Shown here in pieces: positions 24,905 to 35,712 of a DNA stretch of 64,000 bases. The notes below the pieces were generated by a model. That model was not told the DNA's origin, made no database searches, and saw only the letters and a program-made list of their open reading frames with translations. Both the position numbers and the translations under genes were made by a program. How positions within the stretch are numbered: the stretch's first letter is position 1; every line of letters starts with the position of its first letter. Source of the DNA: Bacteroidota bacterium (GTDB lineage Bacteria; Bacteroidota; Bacteroidia; NS11-12g; UBA955); contig JAMLHC010000002.1 of NCBI GenBank assembly GCA_023957335.1, forward strand, positions 179,441-243,440. The letters run 5' to 3'.

Positions 24905-26440
24905 ATGAGCCAAGTTAGAGTAAGATTTGCACCCAGCCCCACGGGGGCATTACATATTGGAGGAGTAAGAACTGCCCTCTTCAATTATTTGTTTGCCAAA
25001 AAACATAATGGCATTCACATTTTAAGAATAGAAGATACAGACCAGACACGTTTCGTACCTGGAGCAGAAGAATATATTATCGAAGCATTACAATGGCTTG
25101 GAATCACTTTTGACGAGGGCGTACATCTCGGAGGTGAATATGGACCCTATCGCCAAAGTGATCGCAAACCTATGTATAGGCAATATGTTGACCAATTGAT
25201 TGAAGCAGGTCATGCCTATTACGCATTTGACACACCTGAAGAGTTGGATGAAATGCGTCAGCGATTAAAAGATGGTGGAATGAGTCCTCAATATGATGCC
25301 TCAAGCAGAATGAACATGAAAAACTCCTTAACACTGTCTTCTGACGAAGTAAATACTAAAATTACAGCTGGAGACCCCTATGTCATCCGCATTAAACTCC
25401 CCAGAAAGGAAGAAGTTAGATTTAACGACCTGATAAGAGGCTGGGTTAGCTTCAACACAGCTCAGTTAGATGACAAAGTGTTGATGAAAAATGACGGAAT
25501 GCCTACCTACCACATGGCAAACATTGTGGACGACCATTTCATGAAAATCACACATGTAATACGTGGCGAAGAATGGCTTTCGTCTGCACCATTGCATGTA
25601 ATGCTATACAAATACTTAGGTTGGGAAGACACCATGCCTCAATTTGCACATCTCCCATTGATTCTGAAACCAGAGGGCAATGGAAAATTAAGCAAGAGAG
25701 ATGGCGACCGATTAGGATTTCCTGTATTTCCGCTAGAATGGAAAGACCCAAACACAGGAGAAATTTCTTCCGGTTATAGGGAAACAGGGTATGAACCCGA
25801 AGCGGTTATTAACTTCTTGGCACTGCTTGGATGGCACCCTTCTGACAATCAAGAAATATTTAACATAGATGAATTGATTCAGGCTTTCAGTCTGGAACGC
25901 ATTAGTAAGAATGGAGCAAAATTTGACATTGACAAAGCGAAGTGGTTCAATCATCAGTATTTGATGAAAAGAGATAATTCAGCTATTGCAAACTCCCTCC
26001 TACCTTTGCTTAGCGAAAAAGGTATTGAGACAAATCTAGAGTTTCTAACCAAAGTGGTAAGTATAACCAAAGAGAAAGTAACTTTTTGGAAAGAAATTGC
26101 CGACATTTCAGAATATTTTTTCAAAACACCCACTCATTTTGATGCAAAAGTCATTGAGAAAAAATGGAAAAGTCCAATACCTGAAAATCTAAAAGCATAT
26201 TCATCCATCTTACACAATAGTTCCGATTTCAGTGCACAAAGTCTGGAAGCGGGCTTTCATTCATTTGCAGAAAAAAACGGAATCAACCCCGGTAGCATGA
26301 TGCAACCTCTCAGATTAGCAGTAAGCGGACAGGCAGGTGGTCCACCCCTGTTTGAAATGCTGGAACTAATAGGCAAAGACGCGGTAATCAAAAGAGTTGA
26401 ATGGGCTTGCGACAATCTCAAAGCCACCTCACAATCATAA
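24905..26440 (+). CDS. gltX: glutamate--tRNA ligase
   Basis: [22 protein letters not shown] and KLSKRDG (KMSKS-type) are present. The ATG at 24905 is preferred to the TTG at 24893. Confidence 0.95.
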   Translation: MSQVRVRFAPSPTGALHIGGVRTALFNYLFAKKHNGIHILRIEDTDQTRFVPGAEEYIIEALQWLGITFDEGVHLGGEYGPYRQSDRKPMYRQYVDQLIEAGHAYYAFDTPEELDEMRQRLKDGGMSPQYDASSRMNMKNSLTLSSDEVNTKITAGDPYVIRIKLPRKEEVRFNDLIRGWVSFNTAQLDDKVLMKNDGMPTYHMANIVDDHFMKITHVIRGEEWLSSAPLHVMLYKYLGWEDTMPQFAHLPLILKPEGNGKLSKRDGDRLGFPVFPLEWKDPNTGEISSGYRETGYEPEAVINFLALLGWHPSDNQEIFNIDELIQAFSLERISKNGAKFDIDKAKWFNHQYLMKRDNSAIANSLLPLLSEKGIETNLEFLTKVVSITKEKVTFWKEIADISEYFFKTPTHFDAKVIEKKWKSPIPENLKAYSSILHNSSDFSAQSLEAGFHSFAEKNGINPGSMMQPLRLAVSGQAGGPPLFEMLELIGKDAVIKRVEWACDNLKATSQS

Positions 26441-26453
26441 AACACACCAAACA

Positions 26454-26849
26454 ATGAACAAACCCATCAGAGTATTAGTCGCTAAAGTAGGACTTGACGG
26501 TCATGACAGAGGTGCCAAAGTGATAGCTACCGCCTTACGCGATGCAGGCATGGAAGTTATCTATACCGGACTTCGCCAAACTCCTGAAATGGTTGTCAAA
26601 ACAGCTTTGCAAGAAGACGTGGACGTTATCGGAATCAGTATTCTGTCCGGTGCACATAACACAGTTTTCCCTCGCATTATTGAACTCATGAAAGAGAATG
26701 TTATGGAAGATGTGTTATTGATTGGTGGAGGTATTATCCCTGACGATGATTCACAAAGGCTCAATAAACAAGGTGTAGCAAGGCTTTTCCCTCCGGGCAC
26801 TTCCACAGAAGAGATTACTGAATACATTCAACACAAGGTTGTAAAATAG
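26454..26849 (+). CDS. stand-alone cobalamin (B12)-binding domain protein, methylmalonyl-CoA mutase C-terminal-domain type
   Basis: [41 protein letters not shown] is the DxHxxG B12-binding motif. The ATG is at 26454. Confidence 0.85.
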   Translation: MNKPIRVLVAKVGLDGHDRGAKVIATALRDAGMEVIYTGLRQTPEMVVKTALQEDVDVIGISILSGAHNTVFPRIIELMKENVMEDVLLIGGGIIPDDDSQRLNKQGVARLFPPGTSTEEITEYIQHKVVK

Positions 26850-26851
26850 AA

Positions 26852-27358
26852 CTACTTTACGGGCTTAAATGCTTCGAATGTTTGTAGGCAATCCTTGCAA
26901 TAGTGGATGGAACGACACAAAGTAGGTCCGAATGGGCTTTTCATCTCCGTATTGGTGCTATTGCAATGAGGGCAAGGCATGTGTTTGAGTAATTCTGCAT
27001 AATCATTGCCCGTGGTGGGTGGAGGTGGTGCGAGTCCATGTTTTTTTAATGCAACCAAGCCTTCTGCAGTTATCATAGACGTATTCCATTGAACTTCAAA
27101 ACTTGTCTTTGCCTTTGGATTTGGAAAGCCTTTTTCTTTGAGTTTGTTCTCCACCAGAACTTCCATATAACGCAATGCAGGGCATCCCGCAAAAGTGGGT
27201 GTTAGAGTAACATTGGTTCCCAAATCTGAGACTTCTATATTAGTAACAATGCCTAAATCTATTATGGAAATAGTAGGTATCTCAGGGTCTGACACCTCGT
27301 ATAGAGCTTGCCTAACAACTTCTGTATTCATATTCTTACCATTCTGCAGCAGGGTCAA
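26852..27358 (-). CDS. paaD: 1,2-phenylacetyl-CoA epoxidase subunit PaaD
   Basis: A DUF59-like N-terminus (VSDPEIPTISIIDLGIV) is joined to a C-terminal Cys-rich ribbon (CPHCNS..CKDC). It is the last gene of the paaABCD run. Confidence 0.8.
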   Translation of the reverse strand: MTLLQNGKNMNTEVVRQALYEVSDPEIPTISIIDLGIVTNIEVSDLGTNVTLTPTFAGCPALRYMEVLVENKLKEKGFPNPKAKTSFEVQWNTSMITAEGLVALKKHGLAPPPPTTGNDYAELLKHMPCPHCNSTNTEMKSPFGPTLCRSIHYCKDCLQTFEAFKPVK

Positions 27359-28106
27359 TCCTAAACACCTCTGTCATTTCATCCAGCAAGGGTTGAAGAT
27401 AATTTGTATGTTTACCTTTTCTACCTCCTAAAGCAGGTGCCACAGAATTGTTTTCAGGTATTCTTAAGCCCGCTTTTGCTAATATACCCGAAACTGTTGA
27501 GAGCCATCTTCCTTTGAGAGCATCTTCACCTTCAAATATACCTTCTGCAATAAGTACATCTTCAAAATTCCCTTTTTCAAAAATACCCAAGGCAAGAGAC
27601 CAGGTTTCGTTCAAAGCGTTTTGCAGCTTGATTTTGCTTTCTTCGGAAGCACTGCCCAGCTGGGTAATCCAGACATCAGCATGCATAGTGTGATATTTGA
27701 TTTCGCCTTTAATTTTTCTTGATAAAAAAGTAAGAGGTTCGAAAGACGAATTTGCCAACATTTCAAAGCGAAGTAACTCAGCATTATCAAAGAAAAAATG
27801 ACGCATTAGGCTGAATTCATATTCGCCTATTGGATATTCAACAAGGTGGCAGCAATGAAATTGCTCTGCATTACGCATAAAAGCAATGGTATCCGAATCC
27901 CCTTCTCCCATTTGACTTAAGATATCATACAAAGCTTGTGCATGACCTAATTTGTCCTGCGCCATAGAAGAAAATGCAATATCTTCTTCCAATATTGGAC
28001 CCAAACCTGTCCATTCTGAGTTGCGATGACCTATAATCAGCTGATCGTCAGCCATTTTATAGAGCAAATCCTTGATTGCCTCAAATCCTTTTTCTGATAT
28101 GTTCAT
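27336..28106 (-). CDS. paaC: 1,2-phenylacetyl-CoA epoxidase subunit PaaC
   Basis: The ferritin-like fold signature LADDQLIIGHRNSEWTG..AQDKLGHA is present. It sits between paaB and paaD. Confidence 0.8.
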   Translation of the reverse strand: MNISEKGFEAIKDLLYKMADDQLIIGHRNSEWTGLGPILEEDIAFSSMAQDKLGHAQALYDILSQMGEGDSDTIAFMRNAEQFHCCHLVEYPIGEYEFSLMRHFFFDNAELLRFEMLANSSFEPLTFLSRKIKGEIKYHTMHADVWITQLGSASEESKIKLQNALNETWSLALGIFEKGNFEDVLIAEGIFEGEDALKGRWLSTVSGILAKAGLRIPENNSVAPALGGRKGKHTNYLQPLLDEMTEVFRIDPAAEW

Positions 28107-28480
28107 AATGTTTGTTGCTTTTCTTTATATACTTTAATTCTATCCATCACTTTGTAGTAACCCGGGTCGCGATAGGTTTTGACTTCTTCACTTTCAAAAA
28201 TGTCTGCATCATCATAATCCGATGCAAAAATATTGGATGATTTTGCCACCCAAAGATTCACGCATATTCCTCTGCGCCCATATACTTCTTTTGCAAATAA
28301 GAGCGCCATCTCTGCATTCGGTGCATGCACACATCCTACATGTTGGTGGTGCTGTCCACGTTTAGTTTGGTGAAAAACTTCATAAGTCTGCCACTGGTCT
28401 AATTCTTTGGCTTCATCAAAAGGTTTTTCTAAATCTATTTCGGAGCGTGTTATTCTGGGGTCTAATGATTTGATTTTCAT
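28103..28480 (-). CDS. paaB: 1,2-phenylacetyl-CoA epoxidase subunit PaaB
   Basis: WQTYEVFHQTKRGQHHQHVGCVHAPNAEMAL is typical of PaaB. The size is about 125 aa. Confidence 0.85.
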   Translation of the reverse strand: MKIKSLDPRITRSEIDLEKPFDEAKELDQWQTYEVFHQTKRGQHHQHVGCVHAPNAEMALLFAKEVYGRRGICVNLWVAKSSNIFASDYDDADIFESEEVKTYRDPGYYKVMDRIKVYKEKQQTL

Positions 28481-28500
28481 TTTATTTATCAGTTAAATAA

Positions 28501-29490
28501 TTAAACAAGTGGAGTTACATATTCAGCGTCTTTTTTCAATAAGGCTCTGCGCACCCAGCGCCCTTTTTCTTCTGCATATTTTCTAACGGCAAGTCTTTCT
28601 TTGTTGCACGGTCCATCACCATTAATGACTCTTTTGAAAACTTCCCAATCAGGTTCGGTATATTCCCACAAACCTGTGGATTCGTTCTTTTTCAATTTCG
28701 GGTCAGGAATGACCAAGCCTAAATCCCAAATTTTGGGCACATACATATTGAGAAACGTCTGGCGCATCTCATCATTGGTAGCCATTTTGACTTTCCATTT
28801 CATTAATGTTTTGGTATGAACAGAAATATTGTCGCTGGGTCCAAAAAAATGCATGATAGGTGGCCACCAACGTGTGAGTGCATCTTGCACCATGTCTCTT
28901 TGGGTCTTGGTACCTGTTGCCAAAAACACCACATTGTCATGACCATATTTCAAGTGAAAAGATTCTTCCACACAGATTCTATCCAATGCTCTGCAATAGG
29001 GTCCGTAACTGCCTTTAGAATTAGCTAATTGATTGACAATAGCACCGGCATCTATCAACCAAGATATAATAGCTGTGTCCGCCCATGTTTCAGCAGGATA
29101 GTTAAACACATTAGAATATTTTGATTTGCCACTAATCAGGTCATTAATCATGTCCTCTCGCGGTTTCCCCAATGTTTCTGCTGCGCTATAAAGCAACTGA
29201 GCATGTCCTACCTCATCTTGCACCTTAGCCATCAACGCAAGTTTGCGCCTGAAACCGGGTGCCCGAGTAATCCACGTCCCTTCGGGCAGCGCTCCTATTA
29301 TCTCAGAATGTGCGTGTTGTTCAATCATCCTGATGAGTTGTTTTTTGTATTCTTTTGGCATCCAATCTTTAGGCTCGATTTTGTCACCCCCTTCGATGCG
29401 AGCTTCAAACTCGGCAAGTCTGGCAGGGTCTTCATCTTGTGTAAATTTGTTTGCGGGTTGATCTGGGTCGATGTAAGCGTTTCCGTACAT
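28501..29490 (-). CDS. paaA: 1,2-phenylacetyl-CoA epoxidase catalytic subunit PaaA
   Basis: Di-iron motifs are present: [20 protein letters not shown], and EESFHLKYG. Confidence 0.9.
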   Translation of the reverse strand: MYGNAYIDPDQPANKFTQDEDPARLAEFEARIEGGDKIEPKDWMPKEYKKQLIRMIEQHAHSEIIGALPEGTWITRAPGFRRKLALMAKVQDEVGHAQLLYSAAETLGKPREDMINDLISGKSKYSNVFNYPAETWADTAIISWLIDAGAIVNQLANSKGSYGPYCRALDRICVEESFHLKYGHDNVVFLATGTKTQRDMVQDALTRWWPPIMHFFGPSDNISVHTKTLMKWKVKMATNDEMRQTFLNMYVPKIWDLGLVIPDPKLKKNESTGLWEYTEPDWEVFKRVINGDGPCNKERLAVRKYAEEKGRWVRRALLKKDAEYVTPLV

Positions 29491-29514
29491 GTTATTTAGT
29501 TTTTATTGTTAATG

Positions 29515-30084
29515 TTATTTTTTTAAGCCGGACAAAATGAAATCGGTAAGTTTGTCTGCAATTTCTTTTGGATTCATGTTGCCCTCTGGGCGATACCATT
29601 CAATTACCCAGTTAATAGCAGACAAAATCGTCAAAGTTGCAAATTTGATATCGCTTTCTTTGAACACCCCTTCATTTTCGCCTGTGGAGATAATTTCTCT
29701 ATACCCTTCTTGGTATTTGTGCCTTAACTCAATGAACCTGCTCAAGTGTGGTTCGCTGAGGTTTTGCCATTCGTACAGAAATATATGGGTGGCATTCAAA
29801 TGTGCGGTCAGAATTTCAATATGATTTCTAATTGCCATTCTAAGTTTCTCTTCACCATTAAAGTAAATATCATTGACTTCATCCAATGCTGTGATAAATT
29901 TATCCGCCATACCAAAACATGTCTCTTGCAAGATTTCCTCTTTGGAACTGATATGATTATAAAGACTTGGCGCCTCCATGTCTAAGGCTTTTGCCAACTC
30001 TCTCATCCCTGTTGCATGATATCCATTTTTTCGGATTAATTCTAATGCGGTATCTATGACCAACTGCCTCTTTCCAACTTTCAT
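29515..30084 (-). CDS. TetR/AcrR family transcriptional regulator, first gene of the paa operon
   Basis: The N-terminal HTH reads ALELIRKNGYHATGMRELAKALDMEAPSLYNHISSKEEIL. Confidence 0.85.
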   Translation of the reverse strand: MKVGKRQLVIDTALELIRKNGYHATGMRELAKALDMEAPSLYNHISSKEEILQETCFGMADKFITALDEVNDIYFNGEEKLRMAIRNHIEILTAHLNATHIFLYEWQNLSEPHLSRFIELRHKYQEGYREIISTGENEGVFKESDIKFATLTILSAINWVIEWYRPEGNMNPKEIADKLTDFILSGLKK

Positions 30085-30181
30085 AACTAACTAATGTTAG
30101 GTCAGGCAAAGATAAGTACAAAGGATTTGAATATCCAAACTGAATTCAGTAATTGATAATTAACTATTTCTCAACAAAAAA

Positions 30182-31516
30182 CTATCTGTCAAAATGCATG
30201 GCTATACCTGGTTTATGTCCTGTTAATTTATTATTTTCAAAAACACTGATTCCATTGACAAAAGTTTGCAATATCCGACCCCTAAAAGTGAAATCTTCCA
30301 ATGGGCTCCACGCACACTTATACAAGATATTTTGCGGAGTAACGGTATAACTTGTATTTGGGTCAAACAAAACCAAGTCAGCAAAGTATCCTTCTCTGAT
30401 AAAACCACGTTCTCTGACTTTAAAACACTTTGCCGGTGCATGGCTCATTTTTTCTACCACCCATTCAGGACTTGCCTTACCTTCCAAAGCCTTATGCATC
30501 ATCATATTCAAGGAGTGTTGAACCAGCGGCAAACCACTTGGACTTTGAGGATAAGGAAGCGCCTTTTCTTCCAACAAATGAGGGGCATGATCTGTGGCGA
30601 TAATATCTATTCTATTTTCTTTAAGTGCTTGCCAAATAGCTTCGCGGTCATTGATAGTTTTGACAGCAGGATTACATTGTATTTTGGAACCCAAAGTTTG
30701 ATAATCTTCTTCACTAAACCAAAGGTGATGCACACATGCTTCTGCAGTGATTCTCTTGCTTTCAATAGCCCCTGCTTCAAAATTCATGGCTTCTTGCGCT
30801 GTTGTGATATGCAAAATATGTAGTCGTGTATTGTGTTTCTTTGCAAGTGCCATTGCTTTTTGGCTGGACAAAATACAGGCTTCTCTGCTCCGTATAATAG
30901 GATGTTGTGTTATGGGTATATTTCCATGAAATTTTTCTTTAGCAAGTTCAATATTTCTTCGGATAGTGGGCTCATCTTCGCAATGGGTGGCAATCAACAT
31001 ATTACTGTTAGCAAACACCTTCTCAAGAGTATTTTCGTTATCCACCAACATATCGCCCGTGGATGAACCCATAAAGATTTTGATACCACATACTCTGTCA
31101 TCATCCAAAGCAAGGACTTCATCTGCATTTTTGTTGGTAGCACCAAAGAAAAAAGAATAATTAGCCGGACTGACTTGGGAGGCTCTTATAAATTTTTTTT
31201 CTAATTCTGCTTGATTGATGGTTTGGGGATTGGTATTGGGCATTTCCATAAAGGAAGTTACACCACCAGCCACTGCAGCCGCTGATTCTGTGGCAATTTC
31301 AGCTTTGTGTGTAAAGCCGGGTTCTCTGAAATGTACTTGGTCATCAATAACACCGGGTAAAAGCCATGCGCCTCTACCATCAATCACTTGATGAGATTTC
31401 GATAACACTCCTCCTCTTTCTATTCTGCTTATTCTGCCATTGGATATCTCAACATCAACCTCCTCTTTCTTGCCTTCATTTATGGCTATAATATTTGTAA
31501 TAATTATTTCAGACAT
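30182..31516 (-). CDS. pyrC: dihydroorotase (cyclic amidohydrolase family)
   Basis: PGVIDDQVHFREPG..KAEI..GGVTSFMEMPNT is present. The length is 444 aa. Confidence 0.8.
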   Translation of the reverse strand: MSEIIITNIIAINEGKKEEVDVEISNGRISRIERGGVLSKSHQVIDGRGAWLLPGVIDDQVHFREPGFTHKAEIATESAAAVAGGVTSFMEMPNTNPQTINQAELEKKFIRASQVSPANYSFFFGATNKNADEVLALDDDRVCGIKIFMGSSTGDMLVDNENTLEKVFANSNMLIATHCEDEPTIRRNIELAKEKFHGNIPITQHPIIRSREACILSSQKAMALAKKHNTRLHILHITTAQEAMNFEAGAIESKRITAEACVHHLWFSEEDYQTLGSKIQCNPAVKTINDREAIWQALKENRIDIIATDHAPHLLEEKALPYPQSPSGLPLVQHSLNMMMHKALEGKASPEWVVEKMSHAPAKCFKVRERGFIREGYFADLVLFDPNTSYTVTPQNILYKCAWSPLEDFTFRGRILQTFVNGISVFENNKLTGHKPGIAMHFDR

Positions 31517-31632
31517 GTGGCAAAGATATTAGTTTGATTTGGTCAACTGATAGATAAACTCCTGATTTTATCATATATCTGCCGAATATTTGACACCTAA
31601 ATAACTAACCTGATAACGCTTTACAACTACTT

Positions 31633-32574
31633 TTGCGAGGTAAATCTTATTTCATTTTGTCTTTTCATAATTATTATAAGCTATTAAATATTTCAGAGAA
31701 AGCAAGTCCGAAAGAAATTCAGACAGCTTATCATAAAATAGCTTTGCAATATCATCCGGACAAAATGCCCCAAGAACCCGGTGCAGAGGAATATTTCAAG
31801 ATAGTGACCAAGGGATATAATTTGCTCAGCAATCCTAAAGAAAAAATCAAATATGACATACTGCTTTATGGGATTTTGCAGGAGCAGAAAAAAAACAAAG
31901 AAGAAGAAAAAAGATACGGGAGAAAGTCTTCTGTTTCTGTTGACGAAGTCAAACAAAAGATTGAAAACAATCTGCGAAATGCAAAGTTAGAAGCTCTTCG
32001 TTTATTTAAAAATAGAGAAAGGTATCTCAATCACAGAATCCGATACTCTATTCTTGTACTGGCTGCCATTTCCGGCTATTTGTATGTTTTCAACAACTGG
32101 TTTGTCAACGAAGCCGGTATGGATTATTTCAAAATAATCCTCGGATTCTTTGTTTTTGGTATTTCAACATTCTTCTTTTTCAACCATTTATACATTCACC
32201 TGCGCGCCTGCAACTATATCGGCAAATCATTAAAATACCCTTTTGAAAAGACATCAGCGTCTTTTTTTATTATTATCATTATTTGTGCACCCATCAGCAT
32301 TATCGGATTCAATATCATTAAAAAGCAATACCATCTATCACATTACGGTGTATTAATTGAACCTTTAAAAATCAGCTATTCACAAAATAAAATCATCTAC
32401 TCTTACATTGCCAACAACGAAATTATTTATAAATCAAGCAGCGATTACCCCGAAGCCACGCTTGTTTATTATGCAATCCATAAAAAACCAATTGTGAGGG
32501 TTTCTAAATACAATCCAAAAATTTCACGACTTGAGTTTATTGATTTGAACGTATCTAAACACCCTAAAATTTAA
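31633..32574 (+). CDS. J-domain (DnaJ-like) membrane protein
   Basis: NYYKLLNISEKASPKEIQTAYHKIALQYHPDK is followed by several hydrophobic segments. There is no ATG near the 5' end, so the start is probably a TTG (31633 or 31657). Confidence 0.7.
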   Translation: MRGKSYFILSFHNYYKLLNISEKASPKEIQTAYHKIALQYHPDKMPQEPGAEEYFKIVTKGYNLLSNPKEKIKYDILLYGILQEQKKNKEEEKRYGRKSSVSVDEVKQKIENNLRNAKLEALRLFKNRERYLNHRIRYSILVLAAISGYLYVFNNWFVNEAGMDYFKIILGFFVFGISTFFFFNHLYIHLRACNYIGKSLKYPFEKTSASFFIIIIICAPISIIGFNIIKKQYHLSHYGVLIEPLKISYSQNKIIYSYIANNEIIYKSSSDYPEATLVYYAIHKKPIVRVSKYNPKISRLEFIDLNVSKHPKI

Positions 32575-32664
32575 CCCTCCAGCCTAACATCAACAAGATA
32601 TAAACAAGGCAGATAAAAAAAACTTGTTTGTGTAACTTTGCACGATTTTAAAATACAATTCTAA

Positions 32665-35490
32665 ATGCCTAAAAATAAATCTATAAAGTCAGTTCTCATA
32701 ATCGGTTCTGGACCCATTATCATTGGTCAAGCTTGTGAATTTGATTATTCCGGAAGTCAGGCTTCGCGCAGTCTTAGAGAAGAAGGAATCACCGTAACAC
32801 TTATTAACTCTAATCCGGCAACCATAATGACCGATCCAAGCACAGCAGACAACATTTATTTGTTGCCATTGACGGTTGAATCTATTGAGCAGATTTTAAA
32901 AGAAGTTAGAATTGATGCAGTCCTACCCACCATGGGCGGACAAACCGCTTTGAACCTATGTAAAGAAGCTGGAGATTTGGGGATTTGGGAAAAATACGAC
33001 ATCAAAATTATAGGTGTTGATTTAGCTGCTATTGATAAAACAGAAGACAGAGAAGAATTCAGACAATTAATGATAACACTTGGCGTTGGCATAGCCAAAG
33101 CCGAGACAGCAAACTCATTTCTGGAAGGAAAAGACATTGCGCAACGCGTAGGATTTCCATTGGTTATTAGACCGTCATACACATTGGGTGGATATGGAGG
33201 TGGGTTTGTGCACAGCAAAGATGAATTAGATGATGCACTTAAACGCGGTCTGGAAGCCTCTCCTACACACGAAGTTTTGGTAGAGCAAGCGGTTTTGGGT
33301 TGGATTGAATATGAATTGGAAGTGCTCCGAGATGCAAAAGACAATATGATTGTTGTTTGTACAATTGAAAATTTCGATCCGATGGGCATCCACACCGGAG
33401 ACTCTATTACTATCGCACCTTCTTTGACATTGAGTGAAGTTGCTTATCAAAAAATGAGAGACACCGCTTTCAAGATGTTGAAAGGTATCGGTAATTTTGC
33501 CGGAGGCTGTAATATTCAGTTTGCACTCAATCCCGAAAATGAAGAAATTATTGCTATCGAAATCAACCCACGTGTTAGCCGCTCCTCTGCACTTGCATCT
33601 AAAGCAACCGGCTATCCTATAGCAAAAATAGCTGCAAAATTGGCAATCGGATACACTTTGGATGAACTCAAAAACCCTGTAACAAAAACTACTTCTGCCT
33701 TTTTTGAGCCGGTTCAGGACTATGTCATTGTAAAAATCCCACGTTGGAACTTTGACAAATTTAAAGGCGCTGATACTACACTCGGACTGCAAATGAAAGC
33801 TGTGGGAGAGGTTATGGGTATAGGTAGAAATTTTCAAGAAGCCTTGCAAAAATCATGTCAATCATTAGAAATTCGAAAATTTGGGCTAGGTGCAGACGGA
33901 ACCATGAACAATATGAGTTTGGAAAAAATTGTGCATGGACTTGAAAATCCTTCTTGGGACAGACTTTTCTTGATTAAAGAGGCAATTGCGTTAGGGATAC
34001 CTTTGACAACGATTTATAAAATTACTAAAATTGATCGTTGGTATCTTGAACAAATCAAAGACTTGGTTGATACTGAGAAAGAAATCAAACGTTTTACACT
34101 CGAAAACATCCCTTACGATATGATGTTAGAAGCCAAACAAAAAGGCTATTCTGACTATCAATTAGCATATTTACTAAAGAACTGCACTGAGGATGAGGTA
34201 TATGCTAAACGACACCAAATGGGAATCAAACGCGTATTCAAGATGGTGGACACTTGTGCGGCTGAATTCACTTCACCCACCAATTATTACTACTCTACTT
34301 TTGAAGAAGGCGGTTTTAACGACAGCGTAAAATCAGATAAAAAGAAGGTTATCATCTTAGGTTCGGGTCCAAACCGCATTGGTCAAGGAATTGAATTTGA
34401 TTATTCTTGTGTTCACGGGATTTATGCTTGCCAAGAAATGGGATACGAAGCTATCATGATAAACTGCAATCCAGAGACAGTTTCTACCGACTTTAATACT
34501 GCGGACAAACTTTATTTTGAACCTGTATTTTGGGAAAATATTAAAGAAATCATTGAGTTTGAACAACCCGAAGGTGTGATAGTGCAATTAGGTGGGCAAA
34601 CTGCATTGAAACTGGCAGAAAAACTCAACGAATCAGGTATTAAAATCATTGGAACTTCATTTCACGATATGGATCTGGCAGAAGACAGAGGACGTTTTTC
34701 TGACCTATTGAAAGAACTTGACATACCCTACCCTAAATACGGTGTTTCAGAAACAGCTGACGAAGCCATTGCTATTGCCAATCAAGTGGGCTATCCTGTT
34801 TTGGTGCGACCTTCCTATGTATTAGGCGGACAAGGAATGAAAATCGTAATTAATGACGAAGAGCTTGAAAGTGCAGTAATTCATCTTTTGGGTGATTTGC
34901 CCGGCAATAGAGTCCTGATTGACCATTTCCTTGACCGTGCCGAAGAAGCCGAATGCGATGTTATCAGCGATGGTGAAGACAGTTTGGTTATTGGAATGAT
35001 GGAACATATTGAGCCGGCAGGAATTCATTCAGGTGATTCAAGTGCGGTGCTACCGTGTTATAGTCTTTCGGAACAAGTGCAAACAGACATGCGTGATTAT
35101 GCAATTAAGTTGGCAAATGCATTAAAAGTAAAAGGGCTGCTCAATATCCAATTTGCAATCAAAAATGAAAAGGTATATGTAATTGAAGCAAACCCAAGAG
35201 CATCCAGGACAGTGCCCTTTATTTGCAAAGCTTACAAGTACCCATATATCAATGTAGCTACCAAAGTCATGTTGGGAACTCATAAACTGAAAGATTTTAC
35301 AATTAAACACGATTTGGACGGATATGCAATTAAGCTGCCTGTCTTTTCATTCAATAAATTCCCGAACGTAAACATGGAGTTAGGACCTGAAATGAAATCT
35401 ACCGGTGAGTCAATCTATTTCATTAAACACCTGAAAGACCCTTATTTCAGAGAACTTGATAAGAAAAAGAGCATGTATTTAAGTCATTAA
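32665..35490 (+). CDS. carB: carbamoyl-phosphate synthase large subunit
   Basis: Duplicated ATP-grasp halves are present: VLIIGSGPIIIGQACEFDYSGSQA and VIILGSGPNRIGQGIEFDY. The length is 941 aa. Confidence 0.95.
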   Translation: MPKNKSIKSVLIIGSGPIIIGQACEFDYSGSQASRSLREEGITVTLINSNPATIMTDPSTADNIYLLPLTVESIEQILKEVRIDAVLPTMGGQTALNLCKEAGDLGIWEKYDIKIIGVDLAAIDKTEDREEFRQLMITLGVGIAKAETANSFLEGKDIAQRVGFPLVIRPSYTLGGYGGGFVHSKDELDDALKRGLEASPTHEVLVEQAVLGWIEYELEVLRDAKDNMIVVCTIENFDPMGIHTGDSITIAPSLTLSEVAYQKMRDTAFKMLKGIGNFAGGCNIQFALNPENEEIIAIEINPRVSRSSALASKATGYPIAKIAAKLAIGYTLDELKNPVTKTTSAFFEPVQDYVIVKIPRWNFDKFKGADTTLGLQMKAVGEVMGIGRNFQEALQKSCQSLEIRKFGLGADGTMNNMSLEKIVHGLENPSWDRLFLIKEAIALGIPLTTIYKITKIDRWYLEQIKDLVDTEKEIKRFTLENIPYDMMLEAKQKGYSDYQLAYLLKNCTEDEVYAKRHQMGIKRVFKMVDTCAAEFTSPTNYYYSTFEEGGFNDSVKSDKKKVIILGSGPNRIGQGIEFDYSCVHGIYACQEMGYEAIMINCNPETVSTDFNTADKLYFEPVFWENIKEIIEFEQPEGVIVQLGGQTALKLAEKLNESGIKIIGTSFHDMDLAEDRGRFSDLLKELDIPYPKYGVSETADEAIAIANQVGYPVLVRPSYVLGGQGMKIVINDEELESAVIHLLGDLPGNRVLIDHFLDRAEEAECDVISDGEDSLVIGMMEHIEPAGIHSGDSSAVLPCYSLSEQVQTDMRDYAIKLANALKVKGLLNIQFAIKNEKVYVIEANPRASRTVPFICKAYKYPYINVATKVMLGTHKLKDFTIKHDLDGYAIKLPVFSFNKFPNVNMELGPEMKSTGESIYFIKHLKDPYFRELDKKKSMYLSH

Positions 35491-35492
35491 TT

Positions 35493-35675
35493 ATGGGATT
35501 ATTAAGAACCGTTTTCTATGCAGTGATTATATATTTTGGATGGAAACTTGTAAAAAACATGTTTACCATCAAGGATAATAACAAAAACGACAATGCTCAA
35601 CCGCCATCAGGTGGTAATCCCAAGAGGAGTAATGACAGTGATGGCGAATATGTCGATTATGAGGATATAAAATAA
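35493..35675 (+). CDS. small membrane protein (DUF4834-like)
   Basis: One TM segment (LLRTVFYAVIIYFGWKLV) and an acidic tail (EYVDYEDIK). It lies 3 nt after carB. Confidence 0.5.
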   Translation: MGLLRTVFYAVIIYFGWKLVKNMFTIKDNNKNDNAQPPSGGNPKRSNDSDGEYVDYEDIK

Positions 35676-35712
35676 AAATCCTCATTTTTGCTTTCAATTC
35701 TTGCCTTCTTCA

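Noticed and set aside
32856-33849. Two long minus-strand ORFs (179 and 207 aa) inside carB
   Set aside because: They are antisense artefacts within a highly conserved gene.
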